DNA of 62,823 bases, filler included, from Diploschistes diacapsis (taxonomy: Eukaryota): NCBI GenBank assembly GCA_023645945.1. It is 18 parts of 18 records of this genome, joined end to end, with 100 filler letters (N's around TTAATTAATTAA, not from the genome) between each part and the next. Parts side by side here need not be neighbours in the genome. Positions count along the whole stretch, not along the records: positions 36,945 to 38,209 come from JALAIB010003449.1; positions 38,310 to 58,729 come from JALAIB010000345.1; 16 more parts are not named here. One strand, 5' to 3'. Of the stretch, positions 37,709-49,800 are shown in pieces. Below the pieces are notes generated by a model. That model did not search any database. It was not told the DNA's origin and saw only the letters and a program-made list of their open reading frames with translations. The translations under genes and the position numbers were made by a program. Numbering within the stretch: position 1 is the stretch's first letter; every line of letters begins with the position of its first letter.

Positions 37709-38309
37709 ATAACGGTTCTTCACGGTAATAACGTTAAGCTTTTAAAAATCGATATAAGATCGAAAAGTCTATCCTTTTCTACCGTTAAATTTCAATACGA
37801 AAATTATTGGAAATAATATTAGTAATTTAAATTTACGAATGTATCCTTTCTTAAACATTTCTTAAAAATATTATTTAAAAAATTTCAGTTCTATTATTAA
37901 TACTTTATAAAGAAGTCCAAACTTTAGGATTTCTCCGTCTATAAGTTCGATAATATGGTCCTAAAATTTATAATTAAGTAATACTCGTAAGCCTATCTTT
38001 TCTTAAAAAAGGTATAATTATTAATAATATTCTTTAAAAATTTCTAAAAGATAATCTGTAACAGATAGCTGTGACAGTCCTCCGGGCGAGCGGAGGAACT
38101 CAGTCCTAGCACCGCGCCAAGGCCGCTCCAAGGCCGTAGATCATAAAAGGAGTTTTTATAAAAAGATCTCCTCTTTTCTTTTCTAAAGATTAATTCATAA
38201 ATATTATAANNNNNNNNNNNNNNNNNNNNNNNNNNNNNNNNNNNNNNNNNNNNTTAATTAATTAANNNNNNNNNNNNNNNNNNNNNNNNNNNNNNNNNNN
38301 NNNNNNNNN

Positions 38310-38720
38310 GTTGTTGTGGTGCATGGCGCGGTTCAGGGGGCGCTGAGTTGGGGGTTTGTGGAGTCGGTCTTCTGGTCGTGAGTTGTGAGGGTGCGGCTGC
38401 GGGGTGAATTCATCGGTTGAGGGGGGAATCTACTAGGTTAGGTATATGTGTGTGGCCTTGAGGGGTGGTGTGTGGGTTATGAAGGAAGCAGATGACTTTG
38501 TACCTTTTTGGCATATTCGTTTTACTATCACGTGATGGGCTGGTAGCGACTGAACTTGTGAGGGTCTTCATGATCCTTAGGTCTGCGTTTCGGAGGCTTG
38601 TGCTATGTTCTCTCGGTGGTCGTTTGCGCGGACAGTGGCGCGAGCATGATTGAGTCCGTAGAGGTTGTCCAGAGTTGCAGCCCAAGTGGTATGGGGAGGA
38701 CCTTATCATACAGGACCGGA
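38310..38720 (-). mobile_element. Possible LINE 5' UTR and ORF1 start at the contig end
   Basis: C/A-rich leader on the minus strand ending GCGCCATGCACCAC (ATG at 38324) at the assembly break. Confidence 0.3.
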
Positions 38721-40969
38721 CTTTCTCGAGCGTATTTATCTTAACTTGGCCAGGCAGGTTGTGACTGTGTAATAAAGATGCTATGCTCCAACGCTTGACT
38801 GCAACCGGCCTCGAAAAGTGGAAGAAGAGCTAGGAACGGCATGTCTTTAAGTGGCTGCGGCTGGAGAGAATTGTGTGCCCTTGCTCCCACTGGGAAGATA
38901 CATCACAGGGGGTAATCACTTTCGGCATATTCAGAAGCCTGAGTTTGTGAGCTTTACGGGATACATAAGGTGGAATTTCCTGCATATCAAGCTCTATTCT
39001 ACAATCTGTATCAACAAGTAAAGTGACGCCACACCCCGACTGGTATAGCTACCTTGCCGGCTCAGAATTTAACAGTATAACTACTCGTTGCGAACACTAA
39101 CGGCCTGACCTTTGGTCGCTTCGTATACATCTGCTGTCGAAGTGTCCGAACAAGTCCATAGGATATCTGAGTGTCTCCTGAAAGAAAGCCACCCTTATTT
39201 CCTGATGAACAACCTTCTTAGGTTTAGTCAGCACTACCCGATATTGCGCAAAGACTCGGACCGTCTCCAGAGCGGAAGCTCTCAACTCATTTCATTCCCG
39301 CCCAGCACATCCTGTCCGGACACTACCTCGTACGCAGGCAACGTCGCATCGGAATCTCGAAAAGCAAACGAAAACTTCCCGCTGTAGCGTCTGTGGTCGG
39401 CATCGCGGACAGCAGAGGCCGAGGCAGTCGAAGAAGGTGCCCCGTGGATGTGCCATCTTCCTCCCCTAACCGAAACAGATCGTCCTCGACCGATGCGATG
39501 GTGAGTTTGACAGCAGCGACAAGAACATGGACCACCCAAGGATGGTCTGGATCTTTTGAAAGGAGATCATTTTGGTGGATCAAAGAATCGAATTTATAGG
39601 CCTGAGTTCCCAAAACATAGGCTGAGAGAATGAGTGACTGATGCTCAGAACCGCATTGATGTATTCGCTGTAAGGTCAGCAGCTCACCTCCTCACACATT
39701 GCCATGTCTGCTTAAGCATCATCTCAAGATCAGGCGATTAGGGAGCAATGAGCCTCCCTCGATATTTTTCAACCCCGCATCGTAATTCATTCATCTAGTT
39801 GTTTAGTTCCACCACTGAGAGACGATCCTTCATACGATAACTCCGTAGTGACCGGTCTAACAATCTGGAGCGGGGGCAGTACAATCTGGGGTATAAACAT
39901 TAGGGCTCTGCGCCATGCCCTACAACGTATATATCACACACAGTTCCTAATTGGTCAATTATGGTATATTTGACCTTGCGGTGGAGCTTGATGTCCGGAT
40001 TCATATTGCCACCTGTAAGACTGGGTAATGAAAAACGTGCTGGCTTTGGACTATCCACTCCGAAAGATACATACCGCGCCAACACGCATACCGAGTCGCA
40101 AATATTGGAACCTCCAGCGGCCAAGTAAAATCCCAGGATGCTTACTCCCAACGCTCCCGAATATTGGTCGCTTGGCTGGCATTTGATTGCAACCGCAGTA
40201 GGAAGCCGAGCGAAAGGAATGGGAGTCAGTTGGGCAGCATCAAAGCAACATAGTATGTGCATCCCTCGATGTGAACTAACTCCAAGCCCTGTTTGCATTT
40301 CATTAGCACTTGAAATTTCAAGTTGCAGTCGGCCAGACCAAATGCCGTGCTGATTCCTGGAGAAGATCAAGGCAAGGTTCAAAAGGGGCCGCTGCAACAG
40401 CACAGCCGCTTGACATAGCTCCATTCCTTGATTTACGTCTGTAAAGATATGCTTCTGCTGTTGATTCAGGTTACATTGACGTAACAGACTTTCTGCATGG
40501 TTCCTGCAAGAAGGAGGTTTGTTTTAGTATGTTGGTTAGGCCACAGTGGGCGATGGCTAACATTCAGAGAATTTTCAAGCTGAAGTTTGTAGGGCTGAGA
40601 GGCGGCTTTTTGACTTCAGAACTTCAGTCTCTCCTGAGCCACTTGCTCTGAACAACAGTATCACTGATGATGAAGATAACACGACGACTGCTGACGGTTA
40701 ATCACTAAAGTGGGATGCTTTGCCAAACCTCAAATAATGGTCCATTGAAACTGTGCTCAGAGACTAAACAATTAATGGTTGAATCAGTCACATCGGCCCT
40801 TACAGAGGCTCAGAGTTGTTGGGTGCCATGAACGCAATTGAAATGGTAGAATTCATCAACTTTGTCTCACTTCAGGCCTCAGCGGCGTGGTTCAGATCGG
40901 CTGTTGGCCTAAACCTGAGCTGAACCAGAGCCTCAATCTACCCCGGAACAGCCTGTCGTTAAGGCCTCA

Positions 40970-40976
40970 TATAAAG
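40970..40976 (+). promoter_or_regulatory. Putative TATA box of the secreted-protein gene
   Basis: TATAAAG about 170 bp upstream of the ATG at 41142. Confidence 0.45.
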
Positions 40977-41141
40977 GAGAAAAATGCGCATATTTACTGA
41001 GATTGAGAATGCAGACTTTGCGTTTGGGTATTACTATATTTTCCACAACTTTTCCTCTTTGATTGTTATTCTAGTGTTACATAGCTTGACTTGTTCTCTT
41101 TGGTCAATCAGCTATATCAGACCTTCACATCCCTCATCAAA

Positions 41142-41945
41142 ATGCGCATCCAATCCCTCGTTTCCTCCATCACTCTCCTTGTCTCCTCCGTGACATCCAC
41201 CTACACCCTGTACGAGCGTGAAGCCGACCTGCAAATGCGCCGTTTGTCGCATGCGCATGAGAATTACGATCCCAACTACCACCGTGGCCCAGCCTTCCAG
41301 GCTCGAGATATCGACGAGCTGATTGTGCGCATGCTACGGCGCGAAGCCATCAATGCCGAGTTTTACAAGAAACAGGGCATCATCAAGGACACACCACAGT
41401 CTGGCGAAAAGTCAAAGTGCAAGACAGGCATATGCACGCCCGAGGAGATGAAAGGCATCATAGCCTGGGATAAGGCGCAGTATGTGCCCTTCGTCTTCTC
41501 TCTCCAGCCTCTACCTCTCCAAAGCCACCATTGTGCGAAATATTGAGACCTTGCTAACCAATTCTCTAGCATGGGCAATGAGTGCAAGAAGCTCGACGAC
41601 TGTAAATGCCCCGGCTCGAATCCCTTTGGGAAATCTTGTCTGAACGGCAAGTGTTTATGTGGCCAGGCCAACAAGAAGGTCGCGGACGTAGCCACCGCCT
41701 TTGCCAAACCCGTTATGGAAGGCATGAAGAAGTTTGGCGAGGAGGCGCAGAAGATCCTCGGCGACATCGAGGCTGGGCTGAAAATGGCCATCAAGCTGGG
41801 CTCGTGGTTAATTCCAGGCCTGGGTCCCGCAGTCAAGACGGCGATGAAAGGCCTCGATGCGGCGCTGCCGCCTGCGGAAATCAAGAGCGGGAACGTCAAG
41901 GCGGATGAGGTGTTGAAGATCATGGGAAAGATCCTTAGGCGATAG
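41142..41945 (+). CDS. Small secreted Cys-rich preproprotein (effector/toxin candidate), 237 aa, 2 exons (41142-41479, 41570-41945)
   Basis: CATCAAAATG start context and signal peptide MRIQSLVSSITLLVSSVTS. Pro-region with LYER-EA, MRR and LRR-EA sites. 90-nt GTATGT...GCTAAC...TAG intron restores the frame. 8 Cys and GC-rich third codon positions. Confidence 0.88.
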
Positions 41946-44934
41946 GGGATGTGGGAAGGTAGAATGACTGCGGATTGGGTTTTGCACGTCATGCCATCGC
42001 TTTCTCTCTTACCTACTCTGAACTGCACGACTTGATGTTGTGCATCTTGCCTGACGGCGTATCATTTATACGAGGCGCGAGAATTTGTGGGAAAAATGGT
42101 ATTGAGAAGATGGACTCTGCCTAGTATCGAAGTACTGCAATACCGCGGCTGAAGCGCCTCCTAGCAACTAGCTGAAGGGTGCTAATAGTCAGGGATTCCA
42201 GCCTTCGTTGTTCCTGCGCTCACCTTCACCGAGTTCGCTTTCAGGATTCATTCATTCCGCAGGCGCGTATTACTCGACGTTACCTACCTACCCATAGCTA
42301 AGCGTTAGACTAATGCTGCGTGGCGGCGATGGAAGTGATTGGAATGCCACTCACCATCTGAGTCAAACCTTCTCGACCTTCTAAAGCTGAGATGGAATTA
42401 GGAAAGGACTGCTCTTGAATACTGTATTGAGAGCATTTGAAAGAGAATGAGAATTCATAGTTGGACAAGATGATAGGCTGGGTTAGACGGATACAATCCG
42501 TGTCGCAATATGAATATGACTATATTGCATTTGCTCTTAGTGACCTTAGCGCTGGTGGTGATCATACATGTAGCCAGTTGTATAGATGTCCGCGCAGTAT
42601 ACACCTCCAGCGATGTTGGTGAATGACATAAGTGCAAAGGACACTGTAACATACCTACCACGGGCAGAAGAGTTCTAACAACAACCATGAACACATGTAG
42701 TATTAAACAGGGTTGCTCTACCCAAGCCTTAGTCAATCTGATCGTATGTACATAGAACCGTGGTAAACCTTGGCATAAAGCAATTAGCTGTTCTATCAAC
42801 TCCATAGACTAAAATCCATTGTAAGCTCGCCTCGAAAATCTCGTCAACGACACTCACAGCACATGCGGGCTGCTTGCTCAAAACATCGCGCCGATGTGTC
42901 TACCATTCCTATTCGGGACACAATATGGTTATTTCACATCGCTGAAGACCTTGACGTTATTCTGGATACATAGAATGAAAGGAAAGGGCTCGTCCGGAGT
43001 ATAGCGCGAACACATCGCAACGTGGATGGGGGTTCGAGTTGAGTCGAACTAGAAAGAGCAGAATCGAATGATAGCCTGGTGAGCACGACCGAGTACGAGC
43101 TCTGAGACTGATCTATGCGATCCCATTGTGGCATGTTGCCGCGGAAAACTTAGAGTGGATGGTTCTTTGAGAGGGCTCGACATATTCGGGACCTTGCTTT
43201 CAACCTTGATGAGTATAGTATATCCTGTTCAAGTGGTACATAGGGATGAGATGGATCGGTTGACCGCCAGACCTGGACCCTGGATCCGAGGGTTGGGTGA
43301 TCCGCAATGCTCTCTTTGACTTCACTGCTTTTCTCGAACGAGAGTGAATCATGCTGGAGATAGTAATTTCCCCTGCCTAGGATTCTTATCTTATTTAACC
43401 GCTCAAGGATCGAAACGTATCGTTTGTTGGATCGACGACTAACTTATGAAGTTCGCCCTCGGAGTCGTTCCATTCCCATCTCTCATACTCGTCAATTTAT
43501 ACTGGAAGGAAAGAGATCGATTACACACCGGCTTCCACAGTGGAAGAGCTTCCATTCCGGCGGCTCCGGTAGGGCATGTTCAACCACTCTTTGCTTCTAT
43601 TCGCGAAGGACTTGACCTGGGAAGTGTATCAGCGTACCTAGTGGAGAATTAGTAAGGTAATGCGAGTATGTCTAATTAAACAACGCTTAGGAGGGAGGCA
43701 GAGCACTCGGCAGGAACTTCAACAAGAGACTTAGAATCAAAACAGCGGTGAAAGCTCGAACCTAGTGTGCCTCTGGGAAATATCACCTGGAATATCTTAA
43801 TCGCTTATAGCCCTCTCCTTTTATCCATAGATGCAGTTATCGCGGCGCTTCAAGTACCTCCTTCCTGAAGATGTCGGCTTGAAGCCGTACTTCGAGAGAT
43901 CACATCACGCTCAGGCTCCGCGGAACCAATTAATCGCATCGATCATATCTTGCCCTTGGGAAGCCGAATTTAGAGGGATTGCCCTATACGCTGCTGGTGA
44001 GGGAGATCAAGAGGACGAAAGCGTCGTTAGAAGCATGTCGCGACGAAGTTGTGATTATAGCTGCTTGATCTTCTCGCAAGGACGATAAGCGATCACCAAG
44101 GAACGACAGCACCAAGAGGGCTGGGGCTGGGACATTCAAGCCAATCTGCATATCCTATTGGATCATTGCTTGGTAGTGGTCTCCGTGGTTGAGCTGAGAC
44201 GCAAGTCTCGTAAGGATTACTCGGACCATGGTTTGCCTCGACGAAAGGTCAAAGCGCGGATGCCAGGATGGCAACGATATTTTGACTTGCGACAGCCTTC
44301 ACATATATGAACTAGACTGCTTCACTCTTGACTCCCTATTAGATCATCATCTACTAAATACCATATCTTCCTCGATCGTGGAGGGGTTCATAGGAGTCCT
44401 GAGAGCGACTTCTCGGGGACGTGTGACTCGGGACTACTTCTTCGCAAGAATGCCGTTCCTACAGTGTTCGCCCATTTAGAGGAATCGGCATTGCCAATGC
44501 TCAGGGAATCAAGTGAATCAGCCAAGGAAACGGGTTCTGCGCAAACAACGGTGTTTGCGACTTGGATTCTGTCCCTCTTTTCATATATTATGCTTCACTG
44601 TGCCTGGTTCCCTAACTTTCCTACTTTCCTACTCCTACTATTTCCATCTATAGACTTCTTGCAACCCGGAATTTAACACAACTGCAACAGCATGAGGACT
44701 CGTAACGAAAATTATCTGGAAGGGAGTGAAGACTATGTGTTCGGTTTCGATACTACTTACTATCCTTGAGCAAAGCATACGCAGCTTTTTTTTCCCTTGC
44801 AAGGCTATGTGTCGTTCTCATAAATTTTCTTTTCTCTTAATACCAAATTCTAAATACAGCTCCATTACCAGCTTGAATCTGTAGGTTATGGTTTATTAAC
44901 CCTGGTTCTGGCCAAGCAGGATATTATGCCCTCA

Positions 44935-45600
44935 ATGGCGACAGAAGATGAGTTAAAGCAGCTGGAAGGCTTCTGTTGTCAGTATCGAATACAGTGAACG
45001 AAGCAGTTAATCTGCTAGGACTTGCTCGTTATATGCCGTCGTTCGATCTCACAGATGTTCCCAGAATTTCCACTAATTTACATTTAAGAAAACTACCTAC
45101 AGATGATACAGCACAAGCACACGCAACCTACGAAATTGCCGCTTGTCGAAGCCTGGCAACTGATTCTGAGCCAACTGGAAACCTTTGTCACAATATATGA
45201 GGGACACTTTAATCCTGTGAGCTGAATGAGAAAGGACCAATTCGTTTAATACGGCAGCAACGATTTCCATGTGACATATCGGGGCATTCACGCTCACAAC
45301 AGCCTGACAGGCTTACAGACTATTATGATCCACGAATTGGATTTATTCCTGTGGTGTCGAAGGTTCTCCAGTCCTTGTTCTTGGCCGAATACAATCCTGT
45401 TATATACGCAGAAGAACTTCTGAAATCCAAAAATCAGTACAGGATCCCTTGTGCCTTGCTGAACTGGGACGACAACTCACCGTGTCATCGGCGATTTGAT
45501 GGCTCAAGAAAGAGAAGCCAAAGCTCCTATGGGCGTTTGTATACAGACAAGGAGTCAAATTGCTTTCCGTTGGAAGTCGTCGTTCTCCTAGCCTAGCTAA
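44935..45600 (+). pseudogene. Decayed gene of unknown family
   Basis: Starts MATEDELKQLEGFCCQYRIQ*TKQLIC*, followed by protein-like fragments broken by stops and frameshifts. Confidence 0.35.
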
Positions 45601-45959
45601 TAATATCGAAAACCCAGTGAGGAGTTGGATCGCCAGGATCGAAACCGGAAAGAATGTACTCGCCAAGGTCACTTTTTTGGGGAGATGTAGAGCTCAGTGT
45701 TAACGAGATTCGTTGAAGCTGTCGCGTATTCAGGGCCAGCTATATCCAAATAGGGGAAGCTGGCTCTGCTTGCGACCTTTGACTCCTTAAAGGATTTCTG
45801 TATATTGAATCCACCCATGGCTTTGGACAGCTCAATAGATTATGTCTAGGTGCAGAGGATATCAGCTATCCTGCTTAGGGTTACTGCTCAGATTGCGAGA
45901 GACCCTATCCTAGGCCCTGAGGAGCCTGAAACTGACCAAAAATCCTATGTTAAAACAGG

Positions 45960-46800
45960 AACCGTGCTACCCCAGCCATTAGAAAGAATAACGTCCATAG
46001 CCGCTAATGGAATAGGATAATGTACTACAGGAGCGTCCAACAGATCATCCGACAATGCCCGATGTATTATCTATTCTATATCGTCCTAAGACCGGACCAT
46101 AATATCTGGCTGGTTAGTTATCCATACTACACGAAATTTCAGATATTTAAAATCAAGACGTCATTTCGGCATATCGATATGAATGTAGGAAAAGATATCG
46201 AAAACGAATATGAAGAGAATATCATTTAAGGGTCCGCAAACATGGAAGACGGAATTAAAGATAACTATACGGAGCTATTGTTAGGCATGTATAAGCAGAT
46301 CCATAACTGATGGAAATTATTACAGAAAAGGTAAAAACTGAACTAATACTAAAGGATAATCCCGTACATATTATTAACAGCAAGATGTGATCTGCCGTTA
46401 TTCCACAGCCATGTAAGCGAAAGGATATCCGGATTTCACGACCAAATTACCCCACGGAACGATGAAGGCCAAGAATGTCAGACGAACAGTACTTTCTTGA
46501 TACATAGATGTGTAAGCGGATCATCAAGGCCTGGATATCGCACGAGCTGGGACTTAGAAGCAGCTATCTTCCCGCCCATCGAGATTTGGTTCCAGGCTTT
46601 TCATCTCCCTCGGGACTACATAATATGCATAGCAGCGTCCCCTATTCTTTCGCAGCAGCAACACAGATTGATAAAAGAACAATTACAGGATAGAACTAGG
46701 GAGAAGGCTGGTCTTGTGCTCTGTGATTCGATCTAGCAAACTCAACATACCCAGAGAGCGGTTCAAACTATCTTGGAAGACATTTGTTCGTAGTTATATG
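45960..46800 (+). pseudogene. Pseudogene of a 2OG-Fe(II) (PhyH-like) dioxygenase-fold fungal protein
   Basis: MYY..QQIIRQCPMYY...LRPD...LVSYPYYTK, FRHIDMN (HxD), DNYTELLLGM, PCKRKDIRIS and LPHG...RRTVLS* (distal His and Arg). Multiple stops and frameshifts. Confidence 0.6.
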
Positions 46801-49800
46801 AGCTACTAAATTCATTTCGGGAACATAATAGGTCTCCCTAGGATCGCCCTGGAACTTTAAGGACACGACATGGAGCTCTCATACTCCACAGATATCTTAG
46901 GATCTCTCGAAATGCCGTGATACCAGTAGAGCTCGCCTACTAGGATTTGGTTCCTCGGTCTAGCAGACCATCGACACTACAGGCACGCCAACGGTCTGGT
47001 AGAACTGGCCGAACTGCACGTTCCAGAAACAGCCGAGCTTATCCAGGTTGCCGTCAATGCCCAAGGTAAGCCCGTCGTCCCGTCGTTCACTCGCCCGCTC
47101 GTGTGGAAGCAGCCAGGACCGTGGCGTCCGAAGCGATCTCAAAGGCATCGCAGGGCCCATTGCCGAAAGAAGCAGTAAGCAGGATAGTTCCAGCGTCGGC
47201 CGCAAGAGGAAGGCGGAAGAAGATGTCGGCTCCTCGCACGTCTCGAAAAAGTGTAGGCCTCAATCCTCGTCCGGGTGCTCGTTCATGCTGACGTTTTTAC
47301 AGCCGAGGTCGCCGCATCATCGGCACCACTCAAGGGGGCGAAGCGCATTATGTTCGAGTCCCCCCTAGGGAGAGGGCGGCCAGGAGATATCGCGCCTGAT
47401 CTTTTCTATGTCTTTTCCAGGGTTTTTGCGCTTCGTCGGAACCACAAGCGCTAATCACAATAGAGCAAAGTATTCGGATTCGCAGCATAACCCCGTATAC
47501 CTATGAGAAATGTAGGAAAACCTCCTTTTCCGAGCTCTTTCACACCGAGCTAGTTTCGTTGAACATGTTCAGCGTAGGCTCAACCCCGGAATAACTTAAA
47601 CACCGAGGAATGCGGCTTTGAACCGATGACATTTGGATCGAATTTTGGGGGGCGGCTCCGCTTGCAAATTACAAGCTATAAAGGCAGCATTTTTAAAACG
47701 AAGGCCGCAAAGACGAGAACATTATACAAATTCTTTGCCAGAAGGATTCCCCCGGGTTAGTTGGCATATATGAGGACAATACCATTTGATCTTAATGTTA
47801 CCATTGCTTAATAGGATCAATCGAGGCTGATGAAACAGCGAGGAAGATAATTAAGCCAAGCCTCAAAGACTACAAAAGGTCCGCTACGTTGCGTGGGGAG
47901 AGTAGCTGGCATGTCGAGGCTTCCAGCTAATGTCCGATTAAATTATGCTAGGCAGAATTTAGTGGGCGGTTTCACTGATAGTGAATCAGGTGCCTACAAT
48001 CTTTCCTTGTGGACCTGAGATGGTAAAAATATATGAAATGCGGGCATGCCAGGTATTCGAGCAAACCATCTAGTGAAACCCAGGGCATCTGCTAGATATG
48101 CTAGACTAGATTCATGCTAGGCCTACCTTTACGGAAGCACTAGTATGGGACGTAGAATGAACAATAGGTGTGAGAATATCGATTTAGAGACGATGCCAAA
48201 CGTTGACTAGGATTAGCATAACTAAAGTTGGCAAGATTCTCCCTCTGCCCTATTTGGGATCTTGACTTAGCTCGGGAAAGGGCCACTCAGGTATGGATAG
48301 GGAGTAATTAAGGAGCTCATCATCACAAGCGGCGAGATTGCGGATAAAGGCAAGAAAACATAGCTAAACCGGCGAGGCCTAAAACTTTAGCCAACAACGA
48401 AGGACTACTACTAGGTTCGAGGTTAACTACCTACGAGCAGGCAAAGCTGCTACTACCCGACAACGACCCTAGATCAGCGCGAAAAGAAAAAGGGAGCCAA
48501 AGGCATCAACCAGGCTTGATAGAAGCTGCCGTTTGATACAAAGCTGCTTTTCCGGAGCACTTCAAATACCGATCCTAGCCGGATGGTTATTTTGGACTGT
48601 GTATGATATCTCGTTTTCTTGTTATTTCCCAGGCCATAACAACTTCCTTTCCTTACTTATAGAGTTCTTTTATCTCGTTTCTATCGTTGTCTATTCCTTG
48701 CTTCTTACCAACTTCAACAATCATAGGTAAACGCGCCGTTCCACGTTCGGAGCAGGAGCTCCGCTTTCTAAACCTACTACTCGCAGCAGCGCGTTTCCTG
48801 ATAAGCTCGCGGGTCCTATCCTGGCTAACCTTTCCGATAGTCCTGCTACTCGCCCTATCGGTCGGCCTAAGAAATAATATTTTAAAATCATCTCCTTTCC
48901 TATTCCAAGTTCTAACCCTAAGAGGTCCGTGCCGCCTTCGACCGCCGAGCCAGCAAAGTCTCTTCGTTCCGATAAACCCTTTCATTCTTCTTATAAATTA
49001 AAATACTGGCCTAGCACAGTTCCTTTATATTCGTTTACGCCTCGCTTTTTCGTTAATAATTTATTTAATGATCTCTTAAGTTCTAGATCTTCTATCGTTA
49101 TAATGGATAATAATTTAACTAAAAGTTAAATTCTAAATATACGGAAATAAATTCGTACTTCTGCCTAAGATGCAGCAGGGGTATCGTCTCTAAATTACTT
49201 CTATCGTGTAAAAAGATTAGGATGACTAAATACCGTCCGATAACTCACACCTTTATTCCAATATTAGTTTTTCTTATAGCTTCTAGCTTTACTTCCACTA
49301 CGCTTCCCTCTCCCTTTAGGCTTAAGAAGTAACGAGATCTAATAAAATATACCGAAAAAGCCTGAGAGACATAATTTCACAAACCCATTAAATAGGTCGT
49401 TGTGGAACGCTCTGTCCGTTGCCCCGAATAGAGGCAGCAAGAGTCTGCGCTACTATCTGGATACGGGCCAATAGGGCACAACGCCAGTGCCTCCGATACT
49501 ACTTTCACCCAGGGGTGTATTGAGGAAGGGTAGCATTTAGGACAGCTGGCTTTGATCATATCTTTATTATGCTGCCAGCGTTGACCAGACTCTTTGCCAT
49601 TATACTTGAATTGCACCAGGATTCCCGCGCGATATAAGGATCTGCCGAGGATACCTAAGTTCATATAGGATCTGCGATAGAGCCTATCATCCACAATAGC
49701 TTATAATGTCGAACCAAGCCTAAGGATCAAGCAGAATGATTAACGGCAAAGTTCAGGCCTAGTCTTGAATCACCACGAAGAATGGCTGTTCTCCGCGATT

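Noticed and set aside
41363..42028. 221-aa minus-strand ORF
   Set aside because: It is the antisense shadow of the GC3-rich secreted-protein gene. The plus strand has the signal peptide, intron and TATA box.
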